Below are positions 42,429 to 49,409 of a stretch of DNA of 60,001 nucleotides, piece after piece. The position numbers were made by a program, and so were the translations under genes. This DNA comes from an uncultured bacterium. GTDB taxonomy: Bacteria > SAR324 > NAC60-12. Under the pieces are notes generated by a model that saw nothing but the letters and a program-made list of their open reading frames with translations, searched no databases and was not told the DNA's origin. How positions within the stretch are numbered: position 1 is the stretch's first letter; every line of letters begins with the position of its first letter. Location of the stretch: assembly GCA_965662845.1 (NCBI GenBank), contig CBFIJD010000001.1, positions 1 through 60,001 of the forward strand. Reading direction: 5' to 3'.

Positions 42429-43179
42429 GCACATCTACCGACTGTGATTCCGCATGGCTCAGATAGGCAGAGAAAGGGGCTCCAAGCAGGAAAATTGTGG
42501 GATCTCGATTGCTAAATTCTCTCAACTGTTCATACCGCGTGTTTCCCAACGTCGTAGTCCACAGGCGCTGCTGCGGCAGCGTAGCGTGCACGACCAACAA
42601 AAGCGGCAAGTTCGGATTCACGCCGGCTTCCAACAAATTTGGCAGCACGTGCTCGCCTCGAAACGTCGGCATGTAAATCGCGACGCCTGCGTTTTGATTC
42701 AATAGAGTGGCAATCGCTTGGCAATTTTCCGCAGAGGCATAACTCGAGACCGTGGTGATGAGCAGCTCTGAACCACAATCTCGAGACGTCAAGGGAATCC
42801 CTAAGGCCGCGGCAGTTCCCGAACAGGTCGTCACCCCCGCCAGCACTTGATACCCAATGCCAGCCTGTTGCAATGACGTGATTTCATCGGTCAGGCGAGC
42901 ATAAATCAGCGTGTCGCCGCCTTTGAGACGGACTACACGGCCATGCTGCTGTGCCTTTTCAACCAGCAACTCATTGATTTCTTTCTGCTTTTTGTGATGA
43001 CAAGTCGCGCGCTTGCCCACATACAAGCGCTCAATATGCGCTGGGATCAACCCCAACACGCCTTCCCCCACGAGCGCATCATAGAGGACGATGTCGGCGG
43101 ATTGCAGATGCCGATAGGCCTCCAGCGTGAGCAGCTCAGGGTTGCCCGGGCCTGCTCCAATAAAAATCACTTTCCCCAT
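42418..43179 (-). CDS. cobA: Uroporphyrinogen-III C-methyltransferase (SUMT)
   Basis: GAGPGNPELLTL, LYDALV, YVGKR, RLKGGD, GIPLT.R. Confidence 0.9.
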   Translation of the reverse strand: MGKVIFIGAGPGNPELLTLEAYRHLQSADIVLYDALVGEGVLGLIPAHIERLYVGKRATCHHKKQKEINELLVEKAQQHGRVVRLKGGDTLIYARLTDEITSLQQAGIGYQVLAGVTTCSGTAAALGIPLTSRDCGSELLITTVSSYASAENCQAIATLLNQNAGVAIYMPTFRGEHVLPNLLEAGVNPNLPLLLVVHATLPQQRLWTTTLGNTRYEQLREFSNRDPTIFLLGAPFSAYLSHAESQSVDVHVN

Positions 43180-43946
43180 GCACCTTCTCGTTGTTGCCAG
43201 CCACCATCTTCCACAAGTGCCACTGCGACTCCGTTAAGGGTGGTCTTTGGCACCAAAATTTGTCCGGAGTGACTCGTCAGGAGCGCGCACGGTTCGCAAA
43301 CTCCGTCCACCTCCAAGTTTTGTCGAACCCAGTCAGACGACCGTGTGACCCACGGCCTCTGTTGCACCAGAGTCGTTGAGATAACCCGCAAGGGTAATCG
43401 TTGTTCCTCGCACCACTTCAGCAGCCCCATTTCCTCTCTCTTACGATCAATCGTTGCGACTTCTCGAACGTCCGCGAGCGCTCTCTGAGAGGCCGCGAGC
43501 GCTTGTCTGACGGCGGCATCAATTTGTTCAACAGAAACATTCTTTCGACAGCCGATCCCCAGAATCAGCGGCTTCAGAGCTTCTGTAGCCGTTGTAATCA
43601 CAGGCGTCGCGCCGATCGCATTTGCCACACCATACGCCAGCGCATTGGCGCCCCCTTCATGCCCTGAGAGCAGCGCCACCGCGTGTCTGCCGGCTTCGTC
43701 TACCACAACGACCGCAGGGTCACTCCGCTTCGATGCTAGCAAACTCTCCACGTAGCGCACGGCGATGCCCGTGGTTCCGATAAAGACCCATTGCCTAAAT
43801 TCAGAGAATCGCGCTTGAAACACGCGCCGGTTCTCCCCTTTTTCAGTCGAACACAAAACTCCATCGAGCTTGTGCGCGAGCAGCTCTCCCAAGGGGCGGG
43901 CCTCTTCTCGAATGAGCCAAATGCCCAGCGCAGCCACTTCAGGCAT
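43167..43946 (-). CDS. cbiG: Cobalt-precorrin-5A hydrolase CbiG (short form)
   Basis: GIAVR, K.SDPAVVVVDE, LLSGHEGGAN, PVITTAT, GIGCRK, GVCEPCAL. Confidence 0.9.
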   Translation of the reverse strand: MPEVAALGIWLIREEARPLGELLAHKLDGVLCSTEKGENRRVFQARFSEFRQWVFIGTTGIAVRYVESLLASKRSDPAVVVVDEAGRHAVALLSGHEGGANALAYGVANAIGATPVITTATEALKPLILGIGCRKNVSVEQIDAAVRQALAASQRALADVREVATIDRKREEMGLLKWCEEQRLPLRVISTTLVQQRPWVTRSSDWVRQNLEVDGVCEPCALLTSHSGQILVPKTTLNGVAVALVEDGGWQQREGAWGK

Positions 43947-44721
43947 CGACCGTTTTTCCAGCTCGGCGGAATTTGTGCGTATAGTCCGCAGAGTAGAGGC
44001 GCGATTCAACGGGCATTTCATCGCGTAACGCGTCACCGACCAGAATCATCGTCGACAGCGCCCACTCCTGCGGATTCACCTCGTCTAACACTTGTCCCAA
44101 AGTGCTTTGATGTCGCTTTTCTTGAGGCCACGTTGCTTTCTGAACCATCAAGATCGGGGTGTCGGCGGCGTAGTGTTGCCTGAGATCTGCGACCATTTTG
44201 GCGAGATGAGGGCCTGATAAAAAAATACACAGAGAGGTCTGATGAGCCGCCAGCTGATCCAAGGCTTCTAGTTCCGGAACCGCCGAAGCGCGTCCAGTCG
44301 TGCGCGTTAGAATGATCGACTGGGCGATCTCAGGCTTGGTGAGTTCGACAGAAAAACAAGACGCCGCGGCAGAGAAGGAGGAGACCCCCGGAATCACTTC
44401 GTAAGCGATCTTCAGCTCACGCAATCGCCGCATTTGTTCTGCGGTCGCTCCATAAATCGCGGGGTCTCCAGAGTGTACGCGCGCGACGCTCCAGTCATGC
44501 TGTTGGGCGCGCACATACCACTCCATCTGCTGCTCAAGGTGGATTCCTGCTGTATTCACGACCTCCGCATCCGCTCGACAATACTGCAAAATATCTTCAC
44601 TCACTAAAGAGCCGGCATACATCACGAGGTCAGCCACTTCTAGAAGCCGCGCTCCTCTGACAGTGATCAAGTCCGCCGCCCCAGGCCCGGCGCCGATAAA
44701 ATATACTTTCGCCACGTTCAT
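43939..44721 (-). CDS. cobM: Precorrin-4 C11-methyltransferase (CobM/CbiF)
   Basis: GAGPGAADLITVRG, YAGSLV, RVHSGDPAIYGA..EQ, PGVSSF, ATWP, SRLYS. Confidence 0.95.
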   Translation of the reverse strand: MNVAKVYFIGAGPGAADLITVRGARLLEVADLVMYAGSLVSEDILQYCRADAEVVNTAGIHLEQQMEWYVRAQQHDWSVARVHSGDPAIYGATAEQMRRLRELKIAYEVIPGVSSFSAAASCFSVELTKPEIAQSIILTRTTGRASAVPELEALDQLAAHQTSLCIFLSGPHLAKMVADLRQHYAADTPILMVQKATWPQEKRHQSTLGQVLDEVNPQEWALSTMILVGDALRDEMPVESRLYSADYTHKFRRAGKTVDA

Positions 44722-45467
44722 CCTTTTGGCTCATGCCGAACCTCTCGTTCTGTTCGACGAATTAACATTGTGGAGAGATAGCCGGTTTCTTCCGCACGTG
44801 ACAACTGCTCCACTCGGTCACTGACTAGCTCATCACCAAATCCCAATCGACGCGCAAACACACAGTGTTCAGCAATTTTCAGCTCACTCAACACGTCCAG
44901 CACACGCGGCAGGCGTCTGCCAATTTTCATCAAGACCACCACATCGTGCGTCTCAATGTCTGCTCGCAATGCTCCCATGTCATCTGGACAGGGCAGAATC
45001 AACACCCGCTCTTTGCCCTCTCCGAGCGGCCAATCAAAATGAGCAGACAGGGCTGCGAAGCTGGTCACGCCGGGATAAGTGCGGTGCTTCAGCTGTGGGA
45101 ACCCCTCTCGCAGGGCCGCGATCAGGTAGCCATACGTCGAAAACGTCAAGGCGTCCCCTAACGTCAAATAAGCGACGTTGTCTCCGCGCTGCAATGGTTC
45201 GCGAACCGTCTCCGCTAAATCAGCGTAGTGCTGGCGCAACACATTGCGGTCGGGGTTCATGCAGAAAGGGACTTCGTGCCACTGGACGTGTGGCAGCGAC
45301 AAACCGTCCAGAGCCTGCAGCGCCGCCGAACGTTCTTGAGAAGTCGCGCGAGGATAAAACACCACAGCGCAGCTCCGTAGCGCTTCCCATGCGGCGACGC
45401 TCAAAAACTTGGCGGGCCCTGGCCCCACGCCAATGCCATAAAACATCCCAGTTGGTTTCTCAGGCAT
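44718..45467 (-). CDS. cobI: Precorrin-2 C20-methyltransferase (CobI/CbiL)
   Basis: YGIGVGPG, TLGD..TFSTY, PGVTSF, VLMK, YLS. Confidence 0.9.
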   Translation of the reverse strand: MPEKPTGMFYGIGVGPGPAKFLSVAAWEALRSCAVVFYPRATSQERSAALQALDGLSLPHVQWHEVPFCMNPDRNVLRQHYADLAETVREPLQRGDNVAYLTLGDALTFSTYGYLIAALREGFPQLKHRTYPGVTSFAALSAHFDWPLGEGKERVLILPCPDDMGALRADIETHDVVVLMKIGRRLPRVLDVLSELKIAEHCVFARRLGFGDELVSDRVEQLSRAEETGYLSTMLIRRTEREVRHEPKG

Positions 45468-46611
45468 AGACCGACTCTGCGACCGGCGTAATCACTCTTT
45501 GCTTTTTCATGTCGAACATAACAACGTGAATCTTCTGGACACTGGGCAACCGTGTTTTGAGCGAGCGTTGCACACGTTTTTCAATTTCCACCCACACGCG
45601 CTCGGTCCCTGGTACCGCGCGCAGCAGCTGAATGATTCTCTCGACCGTTGTCGCTTGCTGGCACTGTTCGACTAATTTTTGGGGATATCCAAATTCGGCA
45701 ACCACCCGGCTGACACCTCGCATGGCCATCGGGCTCACCCCTGAGTGCGTATCCCACTGATTTTCCAACAGCTTTGCCAATTTACCTGGGTGCCCGACCA
45801 CCCAAAGTTGTGGCAAGGTCCGGCTTTGAGCGCCCAGCTCTTTTTCTATTTCATCGACGGTGAAGCCCACAAAGTTTGCCATCTGCACCACTCGTTCACT
45901 GGGTAGCCCAAGCTCTTGCTCGGCGAAGGCTTGTCCAATATTCCCTGGCGCGAGCACAACTTCGCGGGCTTGATCTGCGAGCGCGATCCGCACATAGAGC
46001 TGTATAGAGGCCAGCCATGAATCCAACGATTTGGGCTCTACGATTCCTTTTGTCCCCAAGATAGAGATGCCACCAACAATGCCGAGGCGAGGATTGTACG
46101 TTTTGCGCGCGAGTGCCTCGCCGTTGGTGCAGCTCACTCGGACTTGCCAGCCCTGAGCTTCTCGAATGCCATGTTCCGCGAGCACACACGCTAGAGTTTG
46201 TTCGACCATTTTTCGCGGCACTGGGTTGATCGCAGGTTCCCCGACTGGCAGCGCAAAGCCAGGCTTGGTGATCGTACCGACTCCCTCCCCCGCGAGGAAA
46301 TGGACACCATGGTCTACACACCGAGACAGCTCTACTTGGATGCGGCACCCGTTCGTCACGTCGGGATCATCCCCCGCGTCTTTCACGACACAGGCTCGCA
46401 CGCTGCGGCTCCCGATCTGTTCGACAGAATCAATCTTTACGCGCACAAACTGCGGAGACTCGGGCAGATCCACGCAAACTTCTTGCGGTGGCGCTTCGTG
46501 CAAGAGGACTCGCAACGCAGCTTGAGCCGCCGCAGCGGTGCAGGTTCCGGTCGTAATTCCTCGACGCAGACCGTTGGGAGCCAGCTCGTTGAGATCGAAC
46601 TCTGTCCTCAG
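45460..46611 (-). CDS. cbiD: Cobalt-precorrin-5B C1-methyltransferase CbiD (start uncertain: CTG 46611, TTG 46680 or GTG 46731)
   Basis: GITTGTCTAAA, KDAGDDPDVT, GEPAINPVPR, TYNPRLGIVGGISILGT.GIV.P, GHPGKLAKL. Confidence 0.93.
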   Translation of the reverse strand: MRTEFDLNELAPNGLRRGITTGTCTAAAAQAALRVLLHEAPPQEVCVDLPESPQFVRVKIDSVEQIGSRSVRACVVKDAGDDPDVTNGCRIQVELSRCVDHGVHFLAGEGVGTITKPGFALPVGEPAINPVPRKMVEQTLACVLAEHGIREAQGWQVRVSCTNGEALARKTYNPRLGIVGGISILGTKGIVEPKSLDSWLASIQLYVRIALADQAREVVLAPGNIGQAFAEQELGLPSERVVQMANFVGFTVDEIEKELGAQSRTLPQLWVVGHPGKLAKLLENQWDTHSGVSPMAMRGVSRVVAEFGYPQKLVEQCQQATTVERIIQLLRAVPGTERVWVEIEKRVQRSLKTRLPSVQKIHVVMFDMKKQRVITPVAESVYA

Positions 46612-48359
46612 TTCAAGCTTTCGCTGGCCTTGCGATTGAGCGCTTGGATCAGGAGTGAGTTGACCGCGGCAGCGGCCCAATTGGAGCCCCCGCGTGTTCC
46701 CTGATTCGTGATCGTGGGGATCTGAGTGCACTGTTGCAGCTCCTGCTTAGATTCACGAGTTCCGACAAAACCAACGGGCAGCCCAATTATCAGACGCGGG
46801 CGCCAGTTTTCTTGTTCGACTAAACGCAAGGCTTCTCGAATCGCTGTAGGCGCGTCGCCAATGGCGAGCAGCACCTGATCTCCAAACCGCAGAAAAGCCC
46901 GACGTACCCCAGCTGCTGAGCGAGTGAGGTCTGCATTTTTTGCCAGCAAGTGGGTTTCTTCGTCGTGCACACCACACCATGTCTCAAGCCCGAGTGTGCT
47001 CAAGATGGAGCGCTTGAGTCCGCTCTGGACCATGGTCACGTCCGTCACAATCGTCACCCCATCGAGCAAAGAGGCGACTCCCGCCTCAGTCGCAGTCGGC
47101 GAAAAACGGAAATCACTGAGAATTTCAAAATCGCCGCTTGTGTGCACGATCCTCTGCAAAATCATTTTCTCCGCGTTTTCGTACCCGCTCCAGTCATGAG
47201 CCTCTTCGATCTGGCGAAAACTCTCTGCTTCAATCGGATGCGGTTCATACGGTCGCAGGGGCTCTGGTGGATGACCGTGACTGTGAGAATGACCGTGAGT
47301 GTGGGAATGACCGTGACTGTGAGAATGACCGTGACTGTGAGAATGACCGTGACTGTGAGAATGACCGTGACTGTGAGAATGATCGTGAGTGTGAGAATGA
47401 CCGTGAGTGTGGGAATGACCGTGACTGTGAGAATGACCGTGGGTAGTACTTTCGGTGGCTTCTGCCGAATCTTTCGCCAGCAGGCCACGGACATGATGAT
47501 GATGAGCCTCCTGCACTTTGCCCACTTCCGCTTCGTAGCCAATGATTTGGGTTCGATACTTACACAAACTACAGTTCGACGAATTAATCCCGTCCAAGGC
47601 TTCTTTGGCTTTCTCCATCCACACATCGACGACTTGCGTGTGCACCCCTAAGTATCCGGCTTTGAGGATGTCGACTTGCGGGAACCGCTCTTGCGCTTGT
47701 TCAACAGCGGCATAGATTCGCTTGATCAAAATTCCGGTGAACAAAAAGTAAGGGATCACTACAACGCGCTTAAATCCAAGCTGTGCGGCATAAGCGATCC
47801 CATCTCCAACGAGCGGCTTTGCGGTGCCAGAGTAACAGACATAAGATCCGCCGAACCCCATGCCTTCTTCGATCATGCGAGCGAGTTTGTTCACGTTCGA
47901 GTTGACATCTGGGTCGGTTGTACCGCGCCCAACCACCACTAGCAGGCTCTCTTGGCGAGGAATGAGCCGCGCCGACTCCGCCTCGGCTTGAACAATCCGT
48001 TCACGGAAGAGTTGCAGCAGCAGCGGATGAATCCCCATCGGGCCGCCGTAGTGAAACTCATGCTCAGGGAACTCGGGCTTCATGCTGAGCATTTCGACCG
48101 GCATATCGTTTTTGCCGTGACTCGCCGCGAACAAGATCCCAGGCACCATCACAATGCGTTTGGAACCTCGCTCGATGTTTGCGCGCACCGCTTCATCAAT
48201 CGTAGGAGCGGCGAACTCTAAAAACCCGTGTGTGATCACACGCTGCGGATAGCGAGCTTTGAGCAGCTCCAGCGCCTCCGTAAATTCTCGCGTTCCGTCA
48301 GGGTCACGGCTACCGTGTCCAGCGATGACAAGTCCAAAGTCTTGTTGCACGTCAATCAT
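46608..48359 (-). CDS. cbiX: Fusion of CbiX cobaltochelatase, poly-(HX) linker and precorrin-8X methylmutase (CbiC/CobH)
   Basis: GHGSRD, FLEF..P, SHGKND, GRGTTD, PYFLFTG, CSLCKYR; His tract; then IEAESFRQI, RIVHTSGD, TRSAA, IGDAPTA, GLPVGFVG..ESK, GTRGGS. Confidence 0.92.
   Translation of the reverse strand: MIDVQQDFGLVIAGHGSRDPDGTREFTEALELLKARYPQRVITHGFLEFAAPTIDEAVRANIERGSKRIVMVPGILFAASHGKNDMPVEMLSMKPEFPEHEFHYGGPMGIHPLLLQLFRERIVQAEAESARLIPRQESLLVVVGRGTTDPDVNSNVNKLARMIEEGMGFGGSYVCYSGTAKPLVGDGIAYAAQLGFKRVVVIPYFLFTGILIKRIYAAVEQAQERFPQVDILKAGYLGVHTQVVDVWMEKAKEALDGINSSNCSLCKYRTQIIGYEAEVGKVQEAHHHHVRGLLAKDSAEATESTTHGHSHSHGHSHTHGHSHTHDHSHSHGHSHSHGHSHSHGHSHSHGHSHTHGHSHSHGHPPEPLRPYEPHPIEAESFRQIEEAHDWSGYENAEKMILQRIVHTSGDFEILSDFRFSPTATEAGVASLLDGVTIVTDVTMVQSGLKRSILSTLGLETWCGVHDEETHLLAKNADLTRSAAGVRRAFLRFGDQVLLAIGDAPTAIREALRLVEQENWRPRLIIGLPVGFVGTRESKQELQQCTQIPTITNQGTRGGSNWAAAAVNSLLIQALNRKASESLN
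47271..47441. repeat. Coding tandem repeat, 9.5 x 18 bp (ATGACCGTGACTGTGAGA consensus), encoding (HGHSHS/T)n
   Basis: Counted directly: nine full 18-mers plus a 9-nt partial; 57 codons, 29 His. Confidence 0.95.
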
Positions 48360-48368
48360 GCGATTGCT

Positions 48369-48890
48369 TCATTTGAGTTGTAAAGGGATGCCAGCCGCGC
48401 ACAGAAACACTTGATCACAGCGGGAGCCGAGCCACTGCCCAACCCGCCCGGAGAGGTCAGCGAAACGCCGAGCCAAGGCGTTCTCAGGCAGCACGCCGAG
48501 CCCGACTTCGTTGAGCACAAACACAAAGTCATGCGGGATTTTCCAAAGCGCCTCGAGCTTCTCCATCGCGACCGCTTCGTCCAGTCCGTGATAGAGCATA
48601 TTGTTGAGCCACATCGTCACACACTCCACGAGCACGACTTGCCGCGATACTGGCAGCACGCGCTCCACATGCAGCGGCTCTTCCAGTGTTTGGAAGCGGT
48701 CGGTGCGGCGTTGTTGATGCTCGGCGATGCGTTGCTGCATCTCGGCGTCGTAGATCTCTGTGGTTGCCAAATAGATCGGCTTACTGTCAGGTGACAGCGC
48801 AAGTGACAGCTGCTCGGCGTGACGAGACTTGCCACTTTTCACTCCACCGGTGACCAAGATACGCACGGCAGATTCAAAAAGGTTTTGCAA
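48369..48890 (-). CDS. cobU: Bifunctional adenosylcobinamide kinase/adenosylcobinamide-phosphate guanylyltransferase (CobU/CobP)
   Basis: TGGVKSGKSRHAE, YLAT, EM..RI..HQ..R, ECVTMWL.N, NEVGLG..P. Confidence 0.93.
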   Translation of the reverse strand: MQNLFESAVRILVTGGVKSGKSRHAEQLSLALSPDSKPIYLATTEIYDAEMQQRIAEHQQRRTDRFQTLEEPLHVERVLPVSRQVVLVECVTMWLNNMLYHGLDEAVAMEKLEALWKIPHDFVFVLNEVGLGVLPENALARRFADLSGRVGQWLGSRCDQVFLCAAGIPLQLK

Positions 48891-49010
48891 AGGAGCGGGA
48901 ACGAGCGGACGGGAGGAAACAAAGGGGCGAGCAGAGGAGCGGCCTCCACCATATAGAGATGTGTTTCGGTTTCGTCAGCCTGTCAGGTTCCTCGCCTGAT
49001 TCTGAACACA

Positions 49011-49165
49011 CGTTGGGCAGGTCTCCTGGCTCAAGACAACCGCGTAAGGCCTTCCCGCTTTCGCAGTGGCACACTCGTTACGCGCTCTGGTCTCTTACAG
49101 TTGCGAGGACAGCTACGGACTCACACCGTATTCCCTATTCTCCGCATGGCGGCACCCAGCACGAG
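49011..49165 (-). promoter_or_regulatory. Cobalamin riboswitch (B12 element)
   Basis: Minus strand AATAGGGAA..CGGTG..AGTCCG..CTGTCCTCGCAACTGT..GCCACTG..GGGAAGG..GAGCCAGGAGACCTGCC upstream of cobU. Confidence 0.93.
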
Positions 49166-49409
49166 GGTCTTAGTGATACCGCTTGCAGCTAAAAATGCAA
49201 CCAATTTGTGACAAAAATCTCGTACCGTGAGGCTTTTTTCGCGGCAAATCAAGGGTTCCCTCGCGCTAAAAACCGTATCGTCTGCAGTGCTCCGCGCCGA
49301 TTTGCCCTGACCGCTCGCAACAGACATTGCAGTTCTCAATGTTTCTGGTACGTTACGTCCCCTGCAAATCATTTGTAATTCCGCCCGTCACCCCGCTCCT
49401 GGATTCGGA

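Noticed and set aside
47271..47441. Regular short repeats resembling a CRISPR array
   Set aside because: Head-to-tail 18-mers with no unique spacers, in frame within cbiX-cbiC and encoding a His tract; no cas genes present.
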